NCBI GenBank assembly: GCA_965659885.1
Contig: CBFHXV010000004.1
Span: 5,024 to 69,023, forward strand
Direction of reading: 5' to 3'
Source of the DNA: Burkholderiaceae bacterium
GTDB lineage: Bacteria; Pseudomonadota; Gammaproteobacteria; Burkholderiales; Burkholderiaceae_B
DNA: 64,000 nt
Of this stretch, positions 1 through 8,900 are shown one piece after another; position 1 is the first letter of the stretch; each line of letters opens with the position of its first letter. Both the position numbers and the translations under genes were made by a program. The notes under the pieces are model-generated. The model was not told the DNA's origin and searched no databases. It saw only the letters and a program-made list of their open reading frames with translations.

Positions 1-173
1 GCGACGAGGCCAACGAGGGTAGCCCACTTGCCAATGACACTCTGGTTCACCCAAAGTGAAGCACCGACCATCATCACAAACAGCGTCACACTGGCTCTGA
101 CGGGATGCGGTGAATCTGGTGGAACGTAATAATAAGGTGCTTCTTGTCCGGTGCCGGAGTGGCTTGCACTCAT
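1..173 (-). CDS. coxC: Cytochrome c oxidase subunit III, N-terminal part (runs off the window edge)
   Basis: Read by hand: ATG at 173 (minus), MSASHSGTGQEAPYYYVPPDSPHPVRASVTLFVMMVGASLWVN...; the PYYYVP..S.HP start is typical of betaproteobacterial subunit III; RBS-like AGGAGA upstream; last gene of the cox operon here. Confidence 0.85.
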   Translation of the reverse strand, partial: MSASHSGTGQEAPYYYVPPDSPHPVRASVTLFVMMVGASLWVNQSVIGKWATLVGLV

Positions 174-227
174 GGTTGTTCTCCTGAGCCCTGCTCTTGC
201 TGATTTAGTTGATAACGCACCACTGTT

Positions 228-470
228 CTATGCGATGGCGCTACTAACGACCCACTGAACCAACAAGACCAGCGAGCCCACAAAAAACACACCAAACAAA
301 ATCCCCGTCAGAATGACATACACGGGATTTAGTTTGCTGATGTCATCTTTGAGACCGGCACCCTTGCGGACACCAAACATGGCCCAAAGAACTGCTTTGA
401 CGGTTTGCGGAAAGTTCAGCTTGCGCTGGGCGCTTTGCCGCAAATCGTCTTCTTCCTGCCCAGTGGTCAT
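228..470 (-). CDS. DUF2970-family small membrane protein of cox operons
   Basis: KAVLWAMFGVRK...LNPVYVILTGILFGVFFV motif, two hydrophobic segments, located just before subunit III. Confidence 0.75.
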   Translation of the reverse strand: MTTGQEEDDLRQSAQRKLNFPQTVKAVLWAMFGVRKGAGLKDDISKLNPVYVILTGILFGVFFVGSLVLLVQWVVSSAIA

Positions 471-583
471 CCGAGCTGACCACCTGTGAGTTGTCTAAAT
501 ATCACCCAAACAAACACGGCTACAACAAAAGCGAGAATGATAAAGCCAGTACGTTTGTTTTTACGGCGCTGTTCGGGTGTCAT
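467..583 (-). CDS. 38-aa single-TM cytochrome oxidase small assembly-type protein (below the ORF-track cutoff)
   Basis: Hand translation: MTPEQRRKNKRTGFIILAFVVAVFVWVIFRQLTGGQLG*; basic N-terminus plus one TM helix; its TGA (467-469) overlaps the DUF2970 ATG (ATGA coupling). Confidence 0.7.
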   Translation of the reverse strand: MTPEQRRKNKRTGFIILAFVVAVFVWVIFRQLTGGQLG

Positions 584-631
584 TTAGACCTTCTAACTCA
601 ACTGTTACAACTGAATTCGTTTTTGGACGAC

Positions 632-2251
632 TTACTTCACAACAGGCGGTGTCTCAAAGGTATGGAACGGGGCCGGTGAAGGCACGGTCCACTCCAGACC
701 TTCGGCAGCTTCCCATGGTTTGGCAGCAGCTTGCTCGCCCTTGCCGGCGTACGCTTTTAGTACGAGGTACATGAAGATCAGCTGCGACAAGCCAAACCAG
801 AAGGCACCAATGGTAGCAATCATGTGGAAGTCGGTGAACTGCGTAGCGTAGTCCGCATAGCGACGTGGCATGCCGGCCAAGCCCAGGAAGTGCATCGGGA
901 AGAACGTCACGTTAAACGAGATCATGCTATTCCAGAAGTGCCACTTGCCAAGCTTCTCGTCATACATGCGACCGGTCCACTTGGGCAACCAGTAGTAGGC
1001 GCCTGCAAACAAGGCAAACAAAGAGCCAGCCACCAATACATAGTGGAAGTGAGCCACCACGTAGTACGTGTCGTGCACCTGGATGTCGATCGGTGCGACT
1101 GACAGAATCAGGCCGGTGAAGCCACCGATGGTAAACACAAAAATGAAGCCGATAGCAAAAAGCATGGGGGTTTCAAACGTCATGGAACCCTTCCACATCG
1201 TTGCAACCCAGTTAAAGACCTTCACACCTGTCGGAATAGAGATCAACATGGTGGCGTACATAAAGTACAGCTGGGCGGTCACGGGCATGCCCGTTGTAAA
1301 CATGTGGTGAGCCCAGACGATGAAGGAAAGAATGGCGATCGAGGCTGTGGCGTACACCATCGAGGCATAGCCAAACAGGGGCTTGCGCGAGAAGGCCGGA
1401 ACGATGGCGGAAATAATGCCAAATGCCGGCAAGATCATGATGTAGACCTCTGGGTGTCCAAAGAACCAGAAGATGTGCTGATACAGCACGGGGTCACCAC
1501 CGAGGGCCGCGTTAAAGAAGCCCGTTCCGAAGTGACGATCCGTCAGGATCATGGTCACGGCAGCTGCCAACACAGGCATCACGGCGATCAGCAGGTAGGC
1601 CGTGATCAACCAGGTCCAGCAAAACAGCGGCATCTTCATGAGCGTCATGCCCGGTGCGCGCATGTTCAGAATGGTCACAATGATGTTGATGGCACCCATG
1701 ATGGAAGAGGCACCCATGATGTGAATCGCAAAAATCGCCAGGTCCATACCAGGGCCCATCTGCAGCGACAAGGGCGCATACAGCGTCCAGCCAGCGGCTG
1801 TCGCACCACCAGGCACAAAGAACGAGGCGGTCAGCAGCACAGCGGCAGCAGGCATCAGCCAGAAGCTGAAGTTGTTCATGCGCGCAAACGCCATGTCAGA
1901 GGCACCGATCTGCATGGGAATCATCCAGTTGGCGAAACCCACGAACGCCGGCATGATGGCGCCAAACACCATGATCAGGCCGTGCATGGTCGTGAACTGG
2001 TTAAACAGCTCAGGCTGGAAGAATTGCAGGCCCGGAATAAAGAGCTCCGTGCGTAGCAGTAAGGCCAACACACCGCCTTCAAGGAACATCACAAAGGCAA
2101 AAATCAAATACATCGTGCCAATGTCTTTGTGGTTTGTGGCGAACAACCAACGGCGCCAGCCGTGAGGCATGCCGTGTGCGTGGTCATCGTGATGACCATG
2201 CGAGATGTCCTCGCCTTTGCCTGGAATATTGTCAACGGTTACGCTACTCAT
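632..2251 (-). CDS. coxA: Cytochrome c oxidase subunit I (A1-type heme-copper oxidase)
   Basis: [35 protein letters not shown] and GMPRRY motifs; start placed at ATG 2251 after an AGGAGAG RBS. Confidence 0.97.
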   Translation of the reverse strand: MSSVTVDNIPGKGEDISHGHHDDHAHGMPHGWRRWLFATNHKDIGTMYLIFAFVMFLEGGVLALLLRTELFIPGLQFFQPELFNQFTTMHGLIMVFGAIMPAFVGFANWMIPMQIGASDMAFARMNNFSFWLMPAAAVLLTASFFVPGGATAAGWTLYAPLSLQMGPGMDLAIFAIHIMGASSIMGAINIIVTILNMRAPGMTLMKMPLFCWTWLITAYLLIAVMPVLAAAVTMILTDRHFGTGFFNAALGGDPVLYQHIFWFFGHPEVYIMILPAFGIISAIVPAFSRKPLFGYASMVYATASIAILSFIVWAHHMFTTGMPVTAQLYFMYATMLISIPTGVKVFNWVATMWKGSMTFETPMLFAIGFIFVFTIGGFTGLILSVAPIDIQVHDTYYVVAHFHYVLVAGSLFALFAGAYYWLPKWTGRMYDEKLGKWHFWNSMISFNVTFFPMHFLGLAGMPRRYADYATQFTDFHMIATIGAFWFGLSQLIFMYLVLKAYAGKGEQAAAKPWEAAEGLEWTVPSPAPFHTFETPPVVK

Positions 2252-2371
2252 GCTTCTCTCCTGACTGCCATGGGCGGTTAGAGTCCCCACAATAGGGGCA
2301 ATGTTTCGTTATGTTAGCTAAAAAACTTAAAAATACGATAGTCTTACGAATTTGTCGGCAGAGTCAGCACC

Positions 2372-3526
2372 TTACCGGGCGGCTCGCACATCAGAGGGCT
2401 GCACCACGGGGTCTGCGCCACTGCCAGCATTGCCCCATGATTGGCGTGCGTAAGTGATCACGCTCGCAAGCTCAACATCACTGAGCCCACTGTACGACTG
2501 CATTGCTGTGCCTTCTTTGCCGTTTAGCATGATGTCGATATGACCTGACTTGGGTCCCATCACGATCGGGCTGCCGTCAAGTGCCGGGAACGCCGGTGCG
2601 AGGCCTTTGCCGTTGGCCTGATGGCACGCCACACATTGAGCATAAACCCCCTCGCCACGAACCATCAACTCATCGAGGGTCCACTCCTTGTTCGGATCAT
2701 CGGCTGAAGCCGTGAGCATATTTTGCTGTTCCTGAGCCCAAGCCAGATAGTCTTCTTCAGACACCACTTTAACGACGATGGGCATGTAGGCGTGATCCTT
2801 GCCGCACAGCTCAGCACATTGACCACGGTATTCGCCCACCTGCTCGGCGCGGAACCACGTGTCACGCAAAAAGCCCGGAATCGCATCTTGCTTGACACCA
2901 AGATCAGGCACCATCCAAGAGTGAATCACGTCACCAGCCGTTACAACCACACGCACTTTTTTGCCTACAGGCACAATGAGCGGGTTATCGACTTCCATCA
3001 GATAGAACTCGCTCTTGGGCTCAAGGTTATTGATCTGCGTGGTGGGGGTGGACAGGTTTGACAAAAACGCCACGCCTTCGGCCGGTCCGTCCATGTACTC
3101 GTAGCCCCACTTCCACTGATAACCGGTGACTTTGACGGTCATGTCTGCGCCTGAAGTGTCTTTCATGGCCACCACCGTGCGGGTGGCGGGCAGGGCCATA
3201 CCAATCACGATCAAAAATGGAATCACCGTCCAGGCGATCTCCACACCCACGCTTTCATGGAAGGTGGCGGGCTTGGCGCCTTTGGACTTGCGGTGTGCCC
3301 AGATCGAATAAAACATGACGCCAAACACACCGATAAAAATCACCAGACAGATGATCAACATCATCCAGTGCAACCAAGCCACGTCACGCGCGATTTCGGT
3401 AATGCCGGTGGTAAGGTTCAATTGGTTGACTTTTGGGCCGCCGGGCATGTCAACCGAAGCGCTAGCTGCGCCTGAAACTAACATCGCACAGGTAAAAACA
3501 GATCCCTGGAACTTCATCATGTTCAC
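2372..3526 (-). CDS. coxB: Cytochrome c oxidase subunit II with C-terminal cytochrome c domain
   Basis: GYQWKWGY, DVIHSW, CuA motif CAELCGKDHAYM and a C-terminal CVACH heme motif; exact start uncertain (3517-3526). Confidence 0.95.
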   Translation of the reverse strand: MNMMKFQGSVFTCAMLVSGAASASVDMPGGPKVNQLNLTTGITEIARDVAWLHWMMLIICLVIFIGVFGVMFYSIWAHRKSKGAKPATFHESVGVEIAWTVIPFLIVIGMALPATRTVVAMKDTSGADMTVKVTGYQWKWGYEYMDGPAEGVAFLSNLSTPTTQINNLEPKSEFYLMEVDNPLIVPVGKKVRVVVTAGDVIHSWMVPDLGVKQDAIPGFLRDTWFRAEQVGEYRGQCAELCGKDHAYMPIVVKVVSEEDYLAWAQEQQNMLTASADDPNKEWTLDELMVRGEGVYAQCVACHQANGKGLAPAFPALDGSPIVMGPKSGHIDIMLNGKEGTAMQSYSGLSDVELASVITYARQSWGNAGSGADPVVQPSDVRAAR

Positions 3527-3750
3527 CTCGAGACAAAGCTGATCTCAGACAGCTGGATACACCAATACAGAAAGCGCTGTTTAGTACTACAAACAGTTCT
3601 CGGCAGCTAGCGTCAGAGTCGCCTGAATTTGCAAATTATCAAATTAGTCGTCGGATTATACCCAAGACAGGGCGTTGTGAACGACAGACAGTTACAATCG
3701 TGCGCCTATTTTGTGCAATTCAGCACCGACCCGACCCTATTAGGTGACTC

Positions 3751-4539
3751 TTGACCGACCTTCGCATGCAATCTCTACTGCGCGAGCTGCACCAAAAAGC
3801 GACCCAAACCCCTGAACCCGGTTCTTTGCCCCTGTTGATTGGCGATATTGCTTGCGGATGCTTGTCTGTGCGTGCGATCGAGGTGATTCATGCGCATCGA
3901 CCCGATGTCATTACGAAGGGAAATATACAAATACCTTTGAGTAATTATTTAACGGCTGAGCTTGGTGACATAGCGACTTGGCTATACGATGCCGGCTGTA
4001 TCCCGAAATGGCGTAACGAGTTACTTGACGTGTGGCGTGAAAACAACGCCATCGCGGTCATTGAGCGCGGCGCCGTGCGGCCCTTGGGCCTGTTGACACG
4101 CGCGGTGCACTTGAATGCTTGGTCAAAGCACGGCGAGCTTTGGGTGGCCCGCCGCGCATTGAACAAACCAACCGACCCGGGCATGTGGGACACGCTAGTA
4201 GGCGGCCTGGTTGGCCATGGTGAGCCAGATGATTTGGCGCTTGAGCGCGAAACCGAGGAGGAGGCGGGTTTATCGGCCCGTGATATTGCCAAGCGTGAGC
4301 CTATTCGCAGCATTTTTCGGATGCAACGGCGAGTAGACGAAGGTTTTCAGTGTGAAGAGGTGCTCACCAGCGACTGCGTTCTATCAGAGACGGCCATCCC
4401 CCAAAACCAGGACGGCGAGGTCATGCAGATTGCTTGCTTATCCGTGCCCGAAATTGAGGCGATGCTCTTTGACGGTGCCTTCACGCTAGAGGCCAGTATC
4501 GTTATTGCAGAGAGCCTGCTGCGTCATCGTCCCCACTAG
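3751..4539 (+). CDS. NUDIX hydrolase (thiamine pyrophosphokinase-related/DUF4743-like)
   Basis: Nudix box GGLVGHGE...ALERETEEEAGL; WRNELL and KPTDPGMWDTLVGG motifs. Confidence 0.8.
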   Translation: MTDLRMQSLLRELHQKATQTPEPGSLPLLIGDIACGCLSVRAIEVIHAHRPDVITKGNIQIPLSNYLTAELGDIATWLYDAGCIPKWRNELLDVWRENNAIAVIERGAVRPLGLLTRAVHLNAWSKHGELWVARRALNKPTDPGMWDTLVGGLVGHGEPDDLALERETEEEAGLSARDIAKREPIRSIFRMQRRVDEGFQCEEVLTSDCVLSETAIPQNQDGEVMQIACLSVPEIEAMLFDGAFTLEASIVIAESLLRHRPH

Positions 4540-7030
4540 CCAACGCCGAGCGCCCAACTTCTAGCGCCCGCCGGCGTTGTGCGGCGACCGTCTCGATGCC
4601 GTGACGCAGCGCTTGGTCTTGCGACAGCAGCGACTTGAAGTCGCGCGCGGTCAGCTCAAGCAACTTGGTGTATCCCAAGGATCGAACCTCAAACTCGACG
4701 GCATCTTGATCCAACAAATAAAGCTCCCCAAAAAACTCGCCAGAACCCAGCTCAATGTGCGTGGCATCGGGCAGCCGCATGGAAACGGCGCCCGAGGCAA
4801 CAAAATAAAGCGACGGATTGGGCTTTGTTGGCCCTTGTATCAACTGATTGGGCATGGCCAAGCGGGTTTTAAGCTTTCTGATGAGCTTGCGTAGCGTTTC
4901 ATCCTCTAAATCAGCGAGTAAAGGCACTTTGTGAGCCAGAGCCTTTGGTTCAAGCTCTACGTCAATGGGCGGTTGCTCATCCAGAAATCTCCAGCGATCC
5001 TCGAGTTGCTCGAGCAAATCGTCATACACCTCGGCATTGATGATGGATTCTTCAAGCATTTTTCTGTAACGGCTACGCTCAAGCGTGCGAGCCAGCCGGC
5101 CGAGGTAATTTTGCTCAAGCCATTCGGCAAATTGCGGGTACTGAAGGCGCAGTGCCTGCATGTTTTCTTCCACACGTGCAAGCCGATCGCGCAATGCTGC
5201 CTGAATCGTGTCAGTGGCTTGGTCACCGACCATGGGTCGGATCTGGCTGTTGGCAAAGGCAATCAGCCGGCGGGTTAACCAGCGCCAAGCCACGAGCTCA
5301 ACGAATCGTTGGCCCAGTTCCTTTCCCAATAGGCCCTGTACACCGAGCGAGCGGTGCAAAAACAGCACCAATTTGAATGATCGGGGATACTTCAATGAGC
5401 GGCCGATCGATTTTCTGAAACCGTCAATGCCGTCGGCTTTGACATCATCTTCCATGCGCTCGGCAACCGACAACAAACGCTCGGTGGTGCGCCGGTCAAG
5501 GCCCTGCTCGCCTAGCCCAACGAGCACCAGTTCGCTTTGCCGGTTGGCAATCATCGAAAGCCCGAGTCTGACCCGCTCATCGTTGTCGAACTGGGTGATT
5601 TGTGTGTCGGTGACGCTAGTGACACTGGCATCAAATACCTCGTCGATCTTGGCGCGCGCCTGACGGCTGATTTGTTCGTCCACGGCGATGCGCTTGGTTT
5701 CTGCCTGTAGGTCATTGACGGTAATCACAACGGCCTGATTGCGCAGCGCCCTCTCGCGCGGCGACAGTTTATTGAGCTCAAGAAAATTAATCAGCGGGCG
5801 CAGCGTCAAGCCATTGAGAAAAAGTGTGGCGAGAACAAAACCGGTGGCGCCCGTGGCAACAAAGTCACTGACATCATCGGCAAGTAACTCGTGCTCGGTA
5901 ACTGCCAGCGCCAACGCCAGAGACAAGGCGCCTCGCAGTCCGCCCCAGCAAATCACCGCTTTGTATCGTTGGTCGACATGTGTGCCAACCATGGTGGTTA
6001 ATGCCGGTAAAAGCCCGTACACCGTCACCACCCTGGCAAGTAGAGCCGCCAACATGGCCACCAGCACCACGACAAGATCGTGCCAAGTCGCGTTGGCCAA
6101 AAGCCGTGGGATCATCATTGCGGCGAACAGAAAAATCAGCGAGCTCGCCCAAAACCCGAGTTGTCGCCAAGACTGCGCCAAGGCATAGCCTGTGGTTGGC
6201 GTCATGCGGGTTCGCCCGGTCGAAGAAACCACCAGGCCGGCAACCACGGTGGAGACCACCCCAGACCAGCCAAAGTATTGTTCCGGGATGATGTAAGCAA
6301 TGTAGGCGCAGGCCACCGTCAGCGAGATTTCCGCCGTCGGCCAACCACGCAGCAGCGGCAAGGCCGCACAGGTCAGGCGACCGATGATGTAGCCACTTAC
6401 CGCCCCGCCAACCATCAAACGCAGAAAATCCAGCAGCAATTCGCCTGAACCCCATCCACCAACCGTGGACTGCGAGACGATGCCCACCAAAACGGCATAC
6501 AGCGCGATGGCCGCGGCATCATTGAGCAGGCTCTCGCCCTCAACGATGGTGGTCAAGCGTTTGGGTGCCCCCACCTCTTTGAAAATACTCACCACCGCAG
6601 CCGGATCTGTCGTGGCGATGATGGCACCTAAAAGTAGGCAGGCCGCCAGGCTGTAGCTTGAGATGGCTGACACGCCCCAGCCAACAAATACCGTACAGAT
6701 GAAAACGGCGACCACGGCCAACAACAGAATGGGTGCCAAGTCATTGATCAAGCCCCGGACGTTGGTGTTCAGGGCGGTCTCAAACAGCAAAACCGGCAGA
6801 AACACCACCAGAATGGTCTCAGAGGGAATTTCAAATGCTTGCAAAACCTCGAGCGAGTCACCAAGCCAGGCCGGCGCCCAAGGATGCACGTGTATGACAT
6901 AGCCGAGCAGCGCCCCGACAATAGAGAGCAACAGTGTCGAAGGAATGCGCAAGGCGCTGGCCAGTGGCGACAAAAAGCACACCAATACCAACAAACCGGC
7001 TAATCCAAACACGAGCATTTCTGATGTCAT
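4502..7030 (-). CDS. CPA1 (NhaP-like) Na+/H+ antiporter with long cytoplasmic region and C-terminal cNMP-binding-like domain
   Basis: FLPVLLFE, ATTDPAAV, EGESLLNDA and GGLRGALSLAL CPA1 motifs; C-terminal LYFVASGAV...GEFFGEL. Confidence 0.88.
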   Translation of the reverse strand: MTSEMLVFGLAGLLVLVCFLSPLASALRIPSTLLLSIVGALLGYVIHVHPWAPAWLGDSLEVLQAFEIPSETILVVFLPVLLFETALNTNVRGLINDLAPILLLAVVAVFICTVFVGWGVSAISSYSLAACLLLGAIIATTDPAAVVSIFKEVGAPKRLTTIVEGESLLNDAAAIALYAVLVGIVSQSTVGGWGSGELLLDFLRLMVGGAVSGYIIGRLTCAALPLLRGWPTAEISLTVACAYIAYIIPEQYFGWSGVVSTVVAGLVVSSTGRTRMTPTTGYALAQSWRQLGFWASSLIFLFAAMMIPRLLANATWHDLVVVLVAMLAALLARVVTVYGLLPALTTMVGTHVDQRYKAVICWGGLRGALSLALALAVTEHELLADDVSDFVATGATGFVLATLFLNGLTLRPLINFLELNKLSPRERALRNQAVVITVNDLQAETKRIAVDEQISRQARAKIDEVFDASVTSVTDTQITQFDNDERVRLGLSMIANRQSELVLVGLGEQGLDRRTTERLLSVAERMEDDVKADGIDGFRKSIGRSLKYPRSFKLVLFLHRSLGVQGLLGKELGQRFVELVAWRWLTRRLIAFANSQIRPMVGDQATDTIQAALRDRLARVEENMQALRLQYPQFAEWLEQNYLGRLARTLERSRYRKMLEESIINAEVYDDLLEQLEDRWRFLDEQPPIDVELEPKALAHKVPLLADLEDETLRKLIRKLKTRLAMPNQLIQGPTKPNPSLYFVASGAVSMRLPDATHIELGSGEFFGELYLLDQDAVEFEVRSLGYTKLLELTARDFKSLLSQDQALRHGIETVAAQRRRALEVGRSALASGDDDAAGSLQ

Positions 7031-7096
7031 GCTCGCTATGGTAGCGGGTTATGCGGCCGAGCGCGCGACAGTGGTTATCCGTGCAGAGCAGATCCC

Positions 7097-7987
7097 TTAG
7101 GCGGGCTGCAAGACCCCGCGCATCTTTTTAAGCGCGGCGGCTTCGATTTGACGCACCCGTTCGGCTGAAATGCCAAGTTCGTCGGCGAGTTCATGCAGCG
7201 TGCGCGCCCCGTCCTCGTTAAGCCAACGGGCAGTGATGATGCGCTGTGATCGCTCATCAAGCTCCAAGATTGCCTCTTGCAAACCCGTCGTTTGAAGTGC
7301 ATCTTGGTCAAGCTTGGCCATGACCTGACTGGGCTCATAGTCGCCCCCGTCAGACAGATAATCAATGGGGCTAAACTGGCTCTCATCATCGGCCGGTGCC
7401 TGCAGCGAAAGCTCGCGTCCCGATAGGCGCACTTCCATTTCCCGAACTTCTTCGGGCTTGACGTCTAGGTCACGGGCGATGTCGTCCACCGTCTGAGCGT
7501 CGAGTGTTGACCCGTCGGGCCGCATGCGGCGAAGATTAAAAAAAAGCTTGCGCTGGGCTTTCGTGGTGGCCACTTTGACCAAACGCCAGTTACGCACGAT
7601 GAACTCGTGAATCTCAGCCTTGATCCAGTGCACAGCAAATGACACCAGACGCACGCCTCTGTCAGGATCAAAGCGCTTGACGGCTTTCATGAGGCCAACG
7701 TTGCCCTCTTGGATGAGATCGGCATGTGTCAACCCATAACCGAGATACTGGCGAGCAATGGAGACAACCAGACGCAAATGAGACAGAATGAGGTGCCGAG
7801 CCGCATCCAAGTCGTTGTTGTCTCGCAAACTGACCGCGTAGTCGTGCTCCTGCTCAGCGCTAAGCATGGGCATTTGATTGACCGCCCCAATGTAGGCCTC
7901 AATGGAACCTAGCGCACCGGGGTTGGCAACGGCCATCGACAGGGCTTGAGGTGTCAACGTCAAATCTCGAGATGCAACGGTTTGCAT
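7097..7987 (-). CDS. rpoH: RNA polymerase sigma-32 factor
   Basis: DLIQEGNVGLMKAVKRFDP, RpoH box QRKLFFNLR, C-terminal HTH SAERVRQIE; start placed at ATG 7987 because the longer ORF would run through the CIRCE element. Confidence 0.95.
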   Translation of the reverse strand: MQTVASRDLTLTPQALSMAVANPGALGSIEAYIGAVNQMPMLSAEQEHDYAVSLRDNNDLDAARHLILSHLRLVVSIARQYLGYGLTHADLIQEGNVGLMKAVKRFDPDRGVRLVSFAVHWIKAEIHEFIVRNWRLVKVATTKAQRKLFFNLRRMRPDGSTLDAQTVDDIARDLDVKPEEVREMEVRLSGRELSLQAPADDESQFSPIDYLSDGGDYEPSQVMAKLDQDALQTTGLQEAILELDERSQRIITARWLNEDGARTLHELADELGISAERVRQIEAAALKKMRGVLQPA

Positions 7988-8055
7988 GGATGGGCTTGCT
8001 CCTGACAAAACATTAAGGCATTCTCTGCACTGGTGTTCGAAGGGAGTGAGGTATC

Positions 8056-8082
8056 TTAGCACTCCAAAAGCGAGAGTGCTAA
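8056..8082. promoter_or_regulatory. CIRCE element (HrcA operator) upstream of rpoH
   Basis: TTAGCACTC-caaaagcga-GAGTGCTAA is a perfect match to TTAGCACTC-N9-GAGTGCTAA. Confidence 0.95.
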
Positions 8083-8171
8083 TAGGACGCAAAAAACGGC
8101 ATAAAGTTCCGTTATCTGACGGTTAGGTTTTGCCGGCAGCTGGTCTATTTAACGAGAAATTCGAGTGATTC

Positions 8172-8900
8172 ATGCGTTTGTCCCGGTTATATGCCCCTGG
8201 GGAAGTTCAGCTGGCTCAAGTACAGTTTGCCTCTGCGATTGCTGGCGCATGGCAGGCTCACCCGCCTGCCGCTTTGTTTGACTCTTTAACGCAGTGGCTA
8301 GCTGAACAAGCCAAAACTCGTGGGCTACAGCTGCACGCCTGGTCGCTGACACCGCACGCCCTGCGTCTGCTTGTCACGCCGCCCGATGCCCACGCACTGT
8401 CTGCCGTGGTTCAGGCTTTGGGCAGGCGCCTGGCGGCTACATTGAGAGCCGGTGGGGTATTTGCCGGACGCTACAAGAGTGCTTTGGTGGCGCCGGAAAT
8501 GACGCTTAAGGCCCAAGTTTGGGTCGAGTCTGCGCCTGATCGCGATGGCTGTGCCAGCCATGCTGTGGACTGGGCTTGGTCGTCAGCGGCCATGCATACA
8601 GGCGTAGCCGCGCCAGCGCGCCCCTGGGCCATGCCGCTAGTAGACCATCCGGCTTACTGGGGGTGTGGCAACACGCCTTTTGATCGACAGGCTGCCTACC
8701 AAAGCAGGTTGGTGACGGGCTTATCGGCCATGGAGCGTGACCAGATTGATGCAGCTGTGAACGGGCAGTGGGCACTGGGGCCTGACTCATATTTGAATAA
8801 GCTAGAAAAATTGGCTTCTCGACGCGCAAGTCCCGGTAAACGCGGCCGACCTCCGAAAAATGCCGCTGCTACACGCGTTGATCCGTCCCTAATTAATTAG
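8172..8900 (+). CDS. Degenerate Y1/HUH (REP-associated tyrosine transposase-like) protein, catalytic residues lost
   Basis: Aligns by eye with RAYT-type motifs: [25 protein letters not shown] (cf. HAYxLMxNHxHLLxTP), [15 protein letters not shown] (cf. YIELNPVRAG), [28 protein letters not shown]. Confidence 0.75.
   Translation: MRLSRLYAPGEVQLAQVQFASAIAGAWQAHPPAALFDSLTQWLAEQAKTRGLQLHAWSLTPHALRLLVTPPDAHALSAVVQALGRRLAATLRAGGVFAGRYKSALVAPEMTLKAQVWVESAPDRDGCASHAVDWAWSSAAMHTGVAAPARPWAMPLVDHPAYWGCGNTPFDRQAAYQSRLVTGLSAMERDQIDAAVNGQWALGPDSYLNKLEKLASRRASPGKRGRPPKNAAATRVDPSLIN

Noticed and set aside
491-774. Plus-strand 62-aa and 65-aa ORFs near the coxA end
   Set aside because: They are antisense to the cox operon, and the minus-strand 38-aa ORF explains the region better.
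7988-8092. 35-aa N-terminal extension of RpoH in the ORF track
   Set aside because: It begins at a TTG and runs through the CIRCE operator; ATG 7987 is the more plausible start.
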